Source: Kofleriaceae bacterium (lineage in GTDB: Bacteria > Myxococcota_A > Polyangia > Haliangiales > Haliangiaceae). Taken from it: a stretch of 50,400 bases of DNA. The translations under genes were made by a program, and so were the position numbers. A model generated the notes under the pieces. That model did not search any database. It was not told the origin of the DNA and saw nothing but the letters and a program-made list of their open reading frames with translations. Of this stretch, positions 15,195-27,178 are shown piece after piece (position 1 is the stretch's first letter; the number at the start of each line of letters is the position of its first letter). The stretch covers positions 1 to 50,400 of the forward strand of contig CBDCCZ010000033.1 of assembly GCA_965215005.1 (NCBI GenBank), given 5' to 3'.

Positions 15195-15740
15195 ATGAGC
15201 AAAACGGTCCTGGTTCCGCTGCTAGAAGGTTTCGAAGAAATCGAAGCAGTCACGATCATCGATGTGCTGCGCCGCGCTGAGCTCGAGGTGCTAATCGCGG
15301 GTGCCGCCAAGGGGCCGGTGACAGGGGCGCATGGAGTTGCGCTAATCGCCGACCACTCGCTGGCCCAGATCGATGCTGCATCGCTAGCAATGATTGCGTT
15401 GCCGGGAGGCATGCCTGGAGCTGCCAACTTGGCCAAGAGCGCCGTCGTTCAGCGCTTGATTAAAGACCTTGCCGAGGGCGAGCGCTTCACGTGTGCGATC
15501 TGCGCCGGCCCCATCGCGTTGGCCGCGGCTGGGGTGCTCGAAGGCAAACGCGCCACCTGCTATCCCGGTTACGAATCGCAGCTCGAGGGAGCGCATTGGG
15601 AGGAGTCGCGCGTGGTCGTCGATGGGCGCGTGATCACCAGTCGCGGGCCCGGTACCGCCGCCGATTTTGCGCTTGCGCTGGTCGAGGCGCTGGTGGGCCC
15701 GGAGGTCGCCAGCGAGCAGCGCAAGCGGCTGCTGGCGTAG
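15195..15740 (+). CDS. DJ-1/PfpI family protein (YajL/ThiJ-like)
   Basis: MSKTVLVPLLEGFEEIEA, LPGGMPGA, AICAGP, TCYPG, ITSRGPGTA. Start reassigned to ATG 15195. Confidence 0.93.
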   Translation: MSKTVLVPLLEGFEEIEAVTIIDVLRRAELEVLIAGAAKGPVTGAHGVALIADHSLAQIDAASLAMIALPGGMPGAANLAKSAVVQRLIKDLAEGERFTCAICAGPIALAAAGVLEGKRATCYPGYESQLEGAHWEESRVVVDGRVITSRGPGTAADFALALVEALVGPEVASEQRKRLLA

Positions 15741-15751
15741 TCGCGCGCGGC

Positions 15752-16909
15752 TCAGCGCTTGGAGCGCGGCAGCTCTGGCGGCGTGTCGCGGCCTGGCAGG
15801 CAGCGAACCGTCAACCCGCGAAAGCCTTGCAGGCCTTCGTCCAACGCACCGGCCACGTCCTGTTTGGCGCGCAAGACCTTGGGCTTATCGGTCTCACCAG
15901 AGAGCGCGCCGATCGCGCCAAACACCAGCGGCAGCAGCACCGCCCGCACGAGGCCGAGCCCGGCATAGCCGACCACGGCGACGGTGAGGAACAGGATGCG
16001 CAGAACCACCGCCAGTGGCGGCGGAATCTGGCCCAGCATCGCGCCGATCTCGTCGAACGCGCGTGGCACCTCGGGGTGCGAAGACGGTTTCCCGAGTTGT
16101 CGCGGCGGCTTTCGAGCTGGCTCCTTGGCGAGTAGCTCGAGGACGGCGCGCGCCGACTGCGGCCGCTCCTCAGGGTCGGGATGGGTCATCGCTTCCAGCA
16201 CCTGTCGAAGTGGTGGATGCATGCTCGGCAGATGGCGTTGCAGATCCATGCGTAGACCGCGCCGGGGCACCTCTTCAGGCTCGACCCCAGCGGCGAGGGC
16301 GACGATGGTGGCGCCAAGGCTATAGAGGTCCGTAGCGGGGGTGGCTTGACCGTGCAGCTGTTCGGGCGCCATGTACCCGAAGGTGCCGATGACCGTGGAG
16401 CCGCCATCGGTGCGGAGCACGTCGCGGACACCGCCGAAGTCAACCAAGGCAACGGTGCCATCGGCGGCGCGCACTAGGTTGGCGGGTTTGATATCGCGAT
16501 GGATGACCGGTGGCCGCTGGCGGTGCAAATAATCGAGAATCTCGAGGACCCGAGCCAACACGTCGCGCAGCTCGAGGTCGCTGAAACGGACCCGCATGGC
16601 GAACGCACGCAGAGTAGCGCCCGGCTTCTTCTCCATCACCAGGTTGAAGACGCCGGCCTCGGTCTCGAAGGAATCGAGGAGCCGCGGAATCGCCGGGTGG
16701 CGCAGCGTGCGCAATACACGAACCTCGCGCTCGAAGAGGTCGTAGCTCTTCCACGTGCTTCCGTCTTTGCCGAGGTGGAGTTGCTTGACCACGACCACGC
16801 CGTGCTCGCCGTCGGTGTCCTTGGCCAAGAAGGTATGGGCTTGGCCGCCGCGACCGAGCCGCGGTCCTAGGCGCCAACGGCGCGCGAGCAGTGGCCCGTC
16901 GAACTCCAT
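15752..16909 (-). CDS. Ser/Thr protein kinase with C-terminal membrane segment
   Basis: LGRGGQA, VVKQ, HRDIKPANL, DFGG, GTFGYMAPE, hydrophobic C-terminus. Confidence 0.92.
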   Translation of the reverse strand: MEFDGPLLARRWRLGPRLGRGGQAHTFLAKDTDGEHGVVVVKQLHLGKDGSTWKSYDLFEREVRVLRTLRHPAIPRLLDSFETEAGVFNLVMEKKPGATLRAFAMRVRFSDLELRDVLARVLEILDYLHRQRPPVIHRDIKPANLVRAADGTVALVDFGGVRDVLRTDGGSTVIGTFGYMAPEQLHGQATPATDLYSLGATIVALAAGVEPEEVPRRGLRMDLQRHLPSMHPPLRQVLEAMTHPDPEERPQSARAVLELLAKEPARKPPRQLGKPSSHPEVPRAFDEIGAMLGQIPPPLAVVLRILFLTVAVVGYAGLGLVRAVLLPLVFGAIGALSGETDKPKVLRAKQDVAGALDEGLQGFRGLTVRCLPGRDTPPELPRSKR

Positions 16910-16950
16910 CGCGAGACTATAGAGGATGGCGGCAGCGCACGCGCGGACTG

Positions 16951-18291
16951 CTAACGATAGGGCTCGAAGCGGGCGCGGGATTCACGCTGCTGATTGAGGG
17001 ATTCGAGCTCGGCAGGCAAATAGCCAGCTGCGGAGCCTTTTGGCAGGTGGCGGCGGATGAAGGCGATGACCTTGGCGCGAGCGATGCGTCCGGCGCTACG
17101 CATCGCTTCCGTGCCTTCTTCGGCGCACTCGTCCCACAGCTGAAACAGCGCGCGCCGACGGCGCTGGGGGCTCCAATCGCGATAGCTCCACAGCGTCGTG
17201 AGGGATTCTTCCAGCGCGGCGACTGCGGCCTGGAGGTCCTGCCGGCGATAGGTCTCGGCCAGGCGGATGCGCTCGGCGCGGGTGCGGTCGAGCAGGCGCA
17301 GCTTGCGAAGCAGATAGGGATCGTTGCCGGCGAGCCGCTCGAGCGCGTCGTTGAGGTCAAAGCTGCCAGCGATGACTGGAATCACGAAGGATTGATCGCG
17401 GGGATCCGACGAGTCGCCCAGGCGCGCCTGCTCGTCGTCGACGGTGCGCATGCCGCGCGGAATCGGTGCTGCTCCTTCGCGCTCTACCTCGTCGCGATAC
17501 GAGCCATCCATCCACCGTGAGAGCCGCCGCGTTACCGCCCGCTTTACCGTTTTGGGACCCGGCAAGGCGACGTGCACTTGCAGATTGGGCTTATCGTCGA
17601 GCTCCACGGTACCGTCGCGCGCCACGCGGGTGTCGAAGGTGAGATCGCGAATTCGATGCGTGCCGCCGCCGGTCGCTTCCACCTCGGACGCAGCGGAGCG
17701 AGGCTCGAGCCAGGGCATGGCGTTGAAGGGGCGGTCGTCGGCGCCGCGCGCGGCGACGGCGCGGTCGACGTCGTCGGCGATGCCGGGAATGCGTCGGGGA
17801 AGCAGACCGGGCGGCGGGTTGGCGTTGCTGTGACCGCGCATGGCGAGAGAGCGCGAGGGCGGCTCGGTAGGAGCGGGGCGCTCTGCGTCGGCGGGGGTGG
17901 GAGCCGTGGAGGTGGGAGCCGTGGAGATGACCGCATCGGCGTTTGGCTCGCGCGTCGAGGGATTGGCGGTGGGCGCCGGCGATGGAGCGGTATCTACAGC
18001 GCGGGCGGGGGACGGTGGCGGGGCGGGTGATGAGTCCGTCGTCGCGGCGCCGGTGAGTGAAGGATCCGTTGGCGGGGCGCCGGTGTCGACGAGTGACGTG
18101 GCAGACGGCGGCGGAGGATTGGCCGGCGGGGCGCTTGGCGGTGGTGGTGCCGACCGAAGCAGCTCGATCTCGATGGCTTCTTGCGTCGCGCGCCGCTGCT
18201 CGCGCGGCTCAGCACTCAAGAGGAATGCACCGACGGCCGCAACGTGGAGGGTCACGGAGACACCAACGGCGGAGCGCAGGCGAGTAGGCAC
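16951..18291 (-). CDS. Membrane-anchored Pro-rich protein with TonB/TolA-like SxxxH helix and unknown C-terminal domain
   Basis: AVGVSVTLHVAAVGAFLL, long Pro/Thr/Ala linker, globular C-terminus (LFQLWDECAE...FEPY). Start uncertain; GTG 18291 chosen. Confidence 0.7.
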   Translation of the reverse strand: MPTRLRSAVGVSVTLHVAAVGAFLLSAEPREQRRATQEAIEIELLRSAPPPPSAPPANPPPPSATSLVDTGAPPTDPSLTGAATTDSSPAPPPSPARAVDTAPSPAPTANPSTREPNADAVISTAPTSTAPTPADAERPAPTEPPSRSLAMRGHSNANPPPGLLPRRIPGIADDVDRAVAARGADDRPFNAMPWLEPRSAASEVEATGGGTHRIRDLTFDTRVARDGTVELDDKPNLQVHVALPGPKTVKRAVTRRLSRWMDGSYRDEVEREGAAPIPRGMRTVDDEQARLGDSSDPRDQSFVIPVIAGSFDLNDALERLAGNDPYLLRKLRLLDRTRAERIRLAETYRRQDLQAAVAALEESLTTLWSYRDWSPQRRRRALFQLWDECAEEGTEAMRSAGRIARAKVIAFIRRHLPKGSAAGYLPAELESLNQQRESRARFEPYR

Positions 18292-18613
18292 GTGGGTTGG
18301 ACGTGCTTCGTGGTTGCGACGTTGCCCCACGAGCGGCAGCAGAGCATGAGTCCGCGCGGCAAACACTGGCAAAGAAGCGCGGCGGACGACGCGGGTGCAG
18401 GACGTCGCGTTGGCGCGTGGGGGCGAGCACATCAGCGTCGTTTGCAGAGAACGCGTTCGTCGGGTGTCGCCGAGGTCCGTAGCGGGCGCTGCGAGCTGTC
18501 CGGTGCTGCGGACGCGCGTCCGATACCCGGACCGGACGTCCGCTCGGGCGGACAGCAGGCGCGTGAATTCAGGTACTTCCGCTTGGCTCGACGCTTGCGA
18601 ACTGCCCCTCGCG

Positions 18614-19078
18614 ATGCGGCACCAGCACCTTTCCATCTCCACGCTATTTCGGTGGCTAGCGGGACTTCTAGGCTGTCTCTTCGGCCCAGGTTGCTACGCC
18701 ACGTGCCCGAGGGTCGAGGCGGTGCTGCGCGAGCACCACGCCGCGCACCTCGAGGTCGCGGTTCAAGCGCCCCAGGTGCGCGCAAAGGAGGAGGATACCA
18801 GCATGTGCTTGAGCGAGGCGCTTGACCGTGCCCTCACGAGCTGGCGCGACGATGGTGGCGATGCGCTCAGTCCGCGGGCGCTGAGTCGGGGCTCGCCTGC
18901 GGAAGTGCTTCAGCAGGCCTCCGGTCGCGTTGTCTTGTTGGGAGCGAATGCGTGGGCCGCGGGCGGTGAGGCCGGCGCGGCGGCGTGGATTTTCATGCTC
19001 GCCCTCGACGAGCTACCGGAGGTGAGATTTTGGGCGGTGGTCAACGGCGGCAATGCGTACAACTACGGAACCGATTGA
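18614..19078 (+). CDS. Hypothetical protein
   Basis: Only ORF filling the gap with protein-like composition (WIF.L..L...FWAVV....AYNYG). Start uncertain. Confidence 0.45.
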   Translation: MRHQHLSISTLFRWLAGLLGCLFGPGCYATCPRVEAVLREHHAAHLEVAVQAPQVRAKEEDTSMCLSEALDRALTSWRDDGGDALSPRALSRGSPAEVLQQASGRVVLLGANAWAAGGEAGAAAWIFMLALDELPEVRFWAVVNGGNAYNYGTD

Positions 19079-19150
19079 GGCGGTCGCTGTCTCCTGCGAG
19101 TCGTTGCGCGGACGGTTTGGGGTCGATACTTGATGATAGGGTGACGCCTT

Positions 19151-21283
19151 GTGAGCATCCCTGACATCGCTGATATCGAGCTCGAGTTCTATGATCGCTT
19201 CTTTTTCTCGCGCGAGCTCGAGCCGTATCCGGTGCAAGAGCAGGCCTTCGGCCACATCTTTCGCGGCGAGAGCCTGCTGGTCACGGTGCCGACCGGCACC
19301 GGCAAGACGCTGATGGCGAAAGCCGCCATCTTCAAAGCGCTGCGCCGAGGCGAGAGGACCGTGTACACGACGCCGCTACGGGCCCTCACAGAGGAGAAGT
19401 ATCGCGAGCTGAGCGAAGACTTTGGCGCGGAGAACGTCGGGTTTGCCACCGGCGACTACAAGGTCAATCGCGAGGCGCTCATTCAGGTCGAGGTCGCTGA
19501 AATTTTGTGGAATCGAATCTTCGGTGACCGAACCACCAGCCCCGCCGACGTGGTGGTGATGGACGAGGGGCACTATTTCAACGACCCCGAACGAGGCTAC
19601 GTCTGGGAGCAGTCAATCATCGGGCTCGATCCACGAACCCAGCTTGTTATCTTGTCGGCCACGGTTGGCCACCCAGAGCGATTTTGCCACTGGGTCGAGC
19701 TCACGCGCCGCATTCCGATGCGGCTCGTCGACTCGCGCAGCCGCCGGGTGCCACTGCATCACGAGTTCCGCGATGACTATTTGATCGAGACCGTTCGTGA
19801 TCTGGCGGCCAAGGGAGAGAATCCGGCCATCATCTTCGTCTTCGGCCGCGAGAAGTGTTTCGAGGCCGCGCGGCTCCTCAAGAGCTGTCGGCGTTTCACC
19901 AGTGACGACGAGAAGGCCGAGATCGAGCGGCGCTGCGACGCGGTGCTCATCGACGGAGGCGTTGCCGATGAGCTGCGCGCGTTGCTAATCCATGGCATCG
20001 GTATTCATCACGCCGGAATCTTGCCGCGCTACAAGCAACTGGTCGAGGAGCTCGCGCTCGAGCGGCTAGTGAAATTCGTCGTTTCGACGGAGACGATCGC
20101 CGCCGGCATCAATCTGCCGGCGCGCACGGTGGTGTTTCCTTCGCTGCGCAAATACATCAAGAAGAAGGCGAGGCTGATCGTTCCCGCGGAGTTTCACCAA
20201 ATGGCGGGGCGTGCGGGGCGGCCGCAGTTCGACGACCGCGGCTTAGCAATCGCGCTGGCACCGGAAGAGGTGGTGCAAGAGGTGCGCAAAGAGGTGAAAA
20301 CGCAAAAGAAGCGCGGACTCAAAGTAGACGAAGCCAAGGTGCGAGCGGGGGTGATCTCGCGGGTGAGGGGCGAGGCGAAACGCAAGGACGACGTCATCTG
20401 GGACGAGAGCGACCACAAGAAGCTCGTCGAAGGGGAGCCGGCAGAGCTTCGCAGTCGCACCCGCATCAATGCCGAGCAAGTGTTGGCCATTGGGCTGCCC
20501 GATCTCACGGTGCAGACGCTGCCGGGCGCCACCGATGAGGAAGCCGCCCGCAGCGAGGCCGCTGAGTCGCTGCCACCGTACATGAACCTCAACATCGCAA
20601 CGGTGGTGGATAATCTGCTGTTGAGCGATCGGCAGAAGCGAGATGCACAGCGGTTGCTCGCGCAGGTCACCGATAACCTGCGCGCCATGAGCGTCATCGA
20701 CGAACACGGTCAGCAAGTCGCTGGCGAGCTCATCGGAAGACTGCAGGGCATGGATGGACTGTTCATTTACTACGTGTTGATGAACGTCCAGCTCGACTAC
20801 GAGCAGTGCCGCGAGCTCGTCGAATATCTCATCGACCACGACGTCGTGCAGCGCATCCTGGACCGCAAGGATCTCGAGAAGAAGAAGGAATGGATTCGCG
20901 ATCGGCTTCGCGAAGCTCGGCAAGACAATCCGCAGATCAGCTGGACCGACATCGAAGAGGAATACGACCGCAAGTTTCCCCGCGAGCTCACGCGCATGGA
21001 GCTGGTTCAGCAGCAGTTTGCGGCGGTCGTGCCCCATCCGCAGCTCCACGGTGGCAAGAGCGCCAAGAACGTCTGGGCGCGTCTGGAAGACGACCAGCTC
21101 GACTTCATGGGTTTCGTCGAGCGCCACAACTTGGCGCACGAAGAGGGGAGCTTCTTTTCCTATTTGACGCGCGTGATGCGGGTTGCGACGACGTTGGGGG
21201 AGGCCACTGGCATCACCCAGTTCAGCGATATCGCCGAGGCCGTGCGACTAAAGCTTGCGATGGTCGACGTCCGACTGGCGTGA
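19151..21283 (+). CDS. Ski2-like (HelY-type) SF2 RNA helicase
   Basis: PTGTGKT, TPLRAL, DEGH, SAT, HHAG, TETIAAGINLPAR, QMAGRAGR. Confidence 0.92.
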   Translation: MSIPDIADIELEFYDRFFFSRELEPYPVQEQAFGHIFRGESLLVTVPTGTGKTLMAKAAIFKALRRGERTVYTTPLRALTEEKYRELSEDFGAENVGFATGDYKVNREALIQVEVAEILWNRIFGDRTTSPADVVVMDEGHYFNDPERGYVWEQSIIGLDPRTQLVILSATVGHPERFCHWVELTRRIPMRLVDSRSRRVPLHHEFRDDYLIETVRDLAAKGENPAIIFVFGREKCFEAARLLKSCRRFTSDDEKAEIERRCDAVLIDGGVADELRALLIHGIGIHHAGILPRYKQLVEELALERLVKFVVSTETIAAGINLPARTVVFPSLRKYIKKKARLIVPAEFHQMAGRAGRPQFDDRGLAIALAPEEVVQEVRKEVKTQKKRGLKVDEAKVRAGVISRVRGEAKRKDDVIWDESDHKKLVEGEPAELRSRTRINAEQVLAIGLPDLTVQTLPGATDEEAARSEAAESLPPYMNLNIATVVDNLLLSDRQKRDAQRLLAQVTDNLRAMSVIDEHGQQVAGELIGRLQGMDGLFIYYVLMNVQLDYEQCRELVEYLIDHDVVQRILDRKDLEKKKEWIRDRLREARQDNPQISWTDIEEEYDRKFPRELTRMELVQQQFAAVVPHPQLHGGKSAKNVWARLEDDQLDFMGFVERHNLAHEEGSFFSYLTRVMRVATTLGEATGITQFSDIAEAVRLKLAMVDVRLA

Positions 21284-21321
21284 GGCGAGCGCGGGTTAGC
21301 AGCTTGTGAATCCGTGGCCTC

Positions 21322-21385
21322 AGGCAGCGCGACGGCTGTGAGGCAGTGCGCCGGCTGAGGCAGTGCGCGGCACTCAGGCAGTGCG
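21322..21385. repeat. Four degenerate 17-19 bp direct repeats (AGGCAGYGCG core) including the glpD 3' end
   Basis: Cores at 21322, 21341, 21358 and 21376. Confidence 0.6.
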
Positions 21386-23041
21386 AACGGCGGCGGTGGC
21401 GCTTTGGCGGAAGCGGCGGCTCTTGGCCACTTCGGCGCGATAGTGGGCGATCTGCAGCCCGCGTTCTTCGCTCGTCCAGCCGAGCTCGACGCTCATGAGA
21501 TCAGCGACGCGGTCTAGGACGTCGAGCCCTTGATCGAGGCCGACCAGGAGCAGCGGCACGCGGCGCGCTAAGACATCCTCAACGGTGCGCGCGAGGTCGT
21601 GGCGACAGGCGAAGGAAACTTCAGCCCACAGGTAGGGCAGGTCAGGCTGCAGCGCTGCACCCAACGGCGGCTCCTGCGCGATCGCCTGTGCCAGGAGCGG
21701 AGCGCGCGTGCCATACACTCGCGCGAGATGGCGCGCTGGCTCGTAGTCGAGGCTGTAGTCACTCGCGAGGGACTTGGCGAGCTCGGCGATGCCGCCCGGG
21801 CTGCGATTGCGCAGGCCCACGGCGCCGGGCAGGGGGCGCTTCTTGGTGCCGGATCGGTGCAGCGCGGCCGCAGAGAATGACTCGTCATGCGCATCCAACC
21901 AGCGGATGACCTTGCGCACTACCTGCTTGGCCATGCGTCGATAGGTGGTGAGCTTGCCGCCGGCGATGATGGTGATGCCGTCTTCGCGGACGAAGATCTC
22001 GTGCTCTCGGGACACGTCACTCTCGTCCTCGGCATCTTCGTCGTTGATGAGCGGACGGAGGCCGGCCCACGTCGCGATGATGTCCTCGGGGCGCAGCTCG
22101 GCGCCTGGGAAGTACCCATTGACGCTGTCGCAGAGGTAGCGCGCGTCGCTGGCGTCGGCGGCAACGTCATCCGCGGTTCCCTCGAAGTCGGTATCCGTGG
22201 TGCCGATGACGGTACGACTCCGCCAGGGAATGGCGAATAGAACCCGTCCATCGACCGGCGACAGCAGCGTCACCGCTCGTTGCAACGGCAGTTTTTCCTG
22301 GGGAAACACCAAGTGAACGCCCTTGGTGCGGCGAAGCAGTGAGCGGTTGGTATCGATGGCGAGCTTGCGATTGGTTTCATCGGTCCACGCGCCGGCCGCC
22401 ATCACCACCGCGCGGGTTCGATAGGTAGCTTCTTGCCCGGTAAAGCGGTCGCGCACGACGACCGCGCGCACCCGCTCGGAGTCGCGTTCGAGCCCCACGA
22501 CCTCGGCATAGGAGCGACACACAGCGCCGCTTGCCGCTGCATCGAGAATGTTCTCGAGCACCAGGCGCGCATCGTCGGTGATGCAGTCGTAGTACTCGAG
22601 CGCGCCCTTGAGGCCATCGCGGCAGAGCTTGGGCTCGAGCTCCAGTGCCTTGCTGCCGCGGAAGGTGCGATGGAGCTTGAAGGCGCGGAACAGCGACAAC
22701 ATGTCGTAAATCCACAGCCCCAAGTTCATCAGCTCGAGGCCCGGGCGATTCTGCTCGTAGATGGGCACCAGAAACGGCATGGGCCGCACTAGATGAGGTG
22801 CCACCTTGGTTTGCACCTGCCGCTCGCTCACGCTCTCGAAAACCAGGCCGAGCTCTCCGTGCTCGAGATAGCGCAGGCCGCCGTGGACCAGCTTGGACGA
22901 CTTTGACGAGGTGCCGGCGCCGTAGTCGTCTTTCTCGAAGAGGGCGACTTTCATGCCCCGCAGCACCGCGTCGCGAGCGATTCCCGCGCCGGTGATGCCG
23001 CCCCCGACGATGATGAGGTCAAGCAGCTCGGAGTCGCTCAT
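21374..23041 (-). CDS. glpD: FAD-dependent glycerol-3-phosphate dehydrogenase
   Basis: IIVGGGITGAG, GTSSKSSKLVHGGLRYL, DDARL, KGVHL, GTTD, AGLRPL, SREH, GGKLTTYR. Confidence 0.95.
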   Translation of the reverse strand: MSDSELLDLIIVGGGITGAGIARDAVLRGMKVALFEKDDYGAGTSSKSSKLVHGGLRYLEHGELGLVFESVSERQVQTKVAPHLVRPMPFLVPIYEQNRPGLELMNLGLWIYDMLSLFRAFKLHRTFRGSKALELEPKLCRDGLKGALEYYDCITDDARLVLENILDAAASGAVCRSYAEVVGLERDSERVRAVVVRDRFTGQEATYRTRAVVMAAGAWTDETNRKLAIDTNRSLLRRTKGVHLVFPQEKLPLQRAVTLLSPVDGRVLFAIPWRSRTVIGTTDTDFEGTADDVAADASDARYLCDSVNGYFPGAELRPEDIIATWAGLRPLINDEDAEDESDVSREHEIFVREDGITIIAGGKLTTYRRMAKQVVRKVIRWLDAHDESFSAAALHRSGTKKRPLPGAVGLRNRSPGGIAELAKSLASDYSLDYEPARHLARVYGTRAPLLAQAIAQEPPLGAALQPDLPYLWAEVSFACRHDLARTVEDVLARRVPLLLVGLDQGLDVLDRVADLMSVELGWTSEERGLQIAHYRAEVAKSRRFRQSATAAVRTA

Positions 23042-23159
23042 AGTGTTTGGCCACCTTTGACTAGCGGCCGGGGTGAGTCAAGGCAGAGTGCGATTCAGCC
23101 TTCCCACGTGCCGATGGATCCTCGGCGAGGGCAGCCTCGCTGAAGCCGCGCAGCTCCTA

Positions 23160-23771
23160 CTACAGCGTGATCCAACCGAGCCGCAGCGCCTGCACCACCG
23201 CCTGGGTGCGCGTGTCGGCGTCGAGCTTGGTGAGGATGCTGTTGACGTGAAACTTGGCGGTGTGGTCGCTAATGCCAAGGCGCTTGCCGATGCGGCGATT
23301 GGAAAGCCCCTCCGCCAAAAGCTGGGCGACCTGCCGCTCACGCGCGGTCAGCTCGGTGGGAACCTGCGCTTCGGGCTCGGTGCGCAGCGCGCCTTCGACC
23401 AGCGCCGGATCGAGCACCGTGAGGCCAGCGCGGATCGCGGCCAGCGCGGCAAACAAGCTCGGCCCGACTTCCTCTCGAAGCACCACGCCGCGCGCTCCGG
23501 CGGCCAGCGCTGCGGCAGCGCGCTCCTGATCGGAAACCACGGCCAGGGCAGGGAGCGGATGGTCACCGAGCGCCGGCGCCAGCGGCTGGGCTTCATCGCC
23601 GGTGCAGTCCCACACCACCACGTTGGCATCGTCGAGGTTGCTGGCGGCGGCTTCGGGCGCCTCTTCTAGCATTCGTTGCAGCAGGCTGCGCACCACGGGA
23701 CTCTCGCTCACGATCGCAACCCGGAGTGGATCTTGGGTGCGAAGGATTGGCAGTGCGATATTTTTTGACAT
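23160..23771 (-). CDS. LuxR-family regulator with degenerate receiver domain
   Basis: C-terminal LTARERQVAQLLAEGLSNRRIG.RL.IS.HTAKFHV. Start reassigned to ATG 23771. Confidence 0.88.
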   Translation of the reverse strand: MSKNIALPILRTQDPLRVAIVSESPVVRSLLQRMLEEAPEAAASNLDDANVVVWDCTGDEAQPLAPALGDHPLPALAVVSDQERAAAALAAGARGVVLREEVGPSLFAALAAIRAGLTVLDPALVEGALRTEPEAQVPTELTARERQVAQLLAEGLSNRRIGKRLGISDHTAKFHVNSILTKLDADTRTQAVVQALRLGWITL

Positions 23772-23973
23772 TGGTGGGCAGACCTTCCGAGGGCGGTGCA
23801 AGCCCACAGCGGGCGGAGCACGGGGTTCTACACAACATGGACCGCCGCGCCCCCTCGTCAAGATGCTCCTAGCCAATCAGGCAGCCCGAGAAGAGCGGCG
23901 TCGAGCGCCAAAGCGGCAAGGGCGCGCAGCAAAGCAAGTCACGCCGGCCATTGCTGGGGCGTGACCCGCGAGC

Positions 23974-25764
<1,791 letters not shown>

Positions 25765-25850
25765 GGAATACGCAGCTTAATCGACAATGACGCGGCGTGG
25801 CTACTGCACCGGGAGCCCTGTCGCCGCCGCTTCGAAGAAGCGAAAACCAC

Positions 25851-25879
25851 TTGACCCGGTGCGCTGGGAGAAGAATAGT
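25851..25879 (+). promoter_or_regulatory. Putative sigma70-type promoter of cysC-cysH
   Basis: TTGACC-N17-AATAGT, ending 11 nt before ATG 25891. Confidence 0.45.
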
Positions 25880-25890
25880 TGAGTTATCCG

Positions 25891-26454
25891 ATGAAATTGG
25901 TCAAGAAAGGGTGCGTCTTGTGGTTCACCGGCCTCTCGGGGTCGGGCAAATCCACGCTGTCGACGCTGGTCGCCGAGCGGCTTCGCCTGAACGCCGTGCC
26001 AGTGGAGCTGCTCGACGGCGACGACGTTCGCACCCATCTCTCCAAAGGACTCTCGTTCTCCAAAGAGGACCGCGACACCAACGTCAGGCGCATCGGCTTC
26101 GTGGCCCGATTGCTGGCCCGAAACGGCGTCTTCGCCATCACAGCCGCAATCTCGCCGTATCGCGCGATTCGTGATGAGCAGCGCGAGCAGGTGCTGGCCG
26201 ATGGTGCCGGCTTCTGTGAGGTGTACATGGAGTGCCCGCTCGAGGTGCTCGCCGAGCGCGACGTCAAAGGTCTCTACAAGAAGGCGCTCGCCGGCGAGAT
26301 TGCGCACTTCACCGGTGTTTCCGACCCCTACGAGCCACCCGAGCAGCCCGAGGTGGTGATTCGCTCGGATCGCGACGCCGTAGACGCGAGTGCCGACCGA
26401 GTGCTCGCGGCACTCACGCGGCGTGGATACCTGGGCGCTTTTCCCGGAGGCTAA
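25891..26454 (+). CDS. cysC: Adenylyl-sulfate kinase
   Basis: [54 protein letters not shown]. Confidence 0.96.
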   Translation: MKLVKKGCVLWFTGLSGSGKSTLSTLVAERLRLNAVPVELLDGDDVRTHLSKGLSFSKEDRDTNVRRIGFVARLLARNGVFAITAAISPYRAIRDEQREQVLADGAGFCEVYMECPLEVLAERDVKGLYKKALAGEIAHFTGVSDPYEPPEQPEVVIRSDRDAVDASADRVLAALTRRGYLGAFPGG

Positions 26455-26455
26455 C

Positions 26456-27178
26456 GTGCAATTGTCGACCGCAGAGCTTGCCGCATACAGCAAGGAGCTC
26501 GAGAACGCCTCACCGCAGGAGATCCTGCGCTTTGCCCTCACCACGTATGCGCCGCGCATCGCGATTTCGACGGCATTTGGCGTCGAGGGCTGCGCGCTCA
26601 TTCACATGGCGGTGCAGATCGATCCCGCGGTGAAGGTGTTCACGGTCGACACGGGCTACTTGTTCGACGAAACCCAAGCGCTCAAAGAAGCGTTCGTTGG
26701 CCGCTACGGAGTCAACCTCGTCACCTACGAGCCCAAGCTCACGCGCCTGCAGCAGGATGCGCTGCACGGCCAGCGGCTGTATGCACGCAATCCCGATCGC
26801 TGCTGCCAGCTTCGCAAAGTCGAGCCAACGCAGCGGGCGCTGCGCGAGCTCGATGCGTGGGTCGCGGGGTTGCGGCGCGATCAGTCGCAAAGCCGCGCTG
26901 GCATCCAAATCCTCGAGCGGCTCGAGCGCAGCGAGGGCGAGCCGTTGATCAAAGTGCATCCACTCGCCAACGTCTCGCGCGCCGATACCTGGCGCTACGT
27001 GGTCGAAAACGACGTTCCGTACAATCCGCTGCTCGACCGCGGGTTCAAGTCGATCGGCTGCTGGCCGTGCACGCGAGCGGTGGGCGCAACCGGCGGCGAG
27101 AGAGATGGTCGTTGGACCGGATCGGACAAGACCGAGTGCGGAATTCACACGTTCATGATCCGTCGCAAGGCCTCGTAG
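26456..27178 (+). CDS. cysH: APS/PAPS reductase, Fe-S type
   Basis: DTGYLF.ET, CCQLRKVEP, GLRRDQS, SIGCWPCT, ECGIH. GTG 26456 with GGAGG RBS. Confidence 0.95.
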   Translation: MQLSTAELAAYSKELENASPQEILRFALTTYAPRIAISTAFGVEGCALIHMAVQIDPAVKVFTVDTGYLFDETQALKEAFVGRYGVNLVTYEPKLTRLQQDALHGQRLYARNPDRCCQLRKVEPTQRALRELDAWVAGLRRDQSQSRAGIQILERLERSEGEPLIKVHPLANVSRADTWRYVVENDVPYNPLLDRGFKSIGCWPCTRAVGATGGERDGRWTGSDKTECGIHTFMIRRKAS

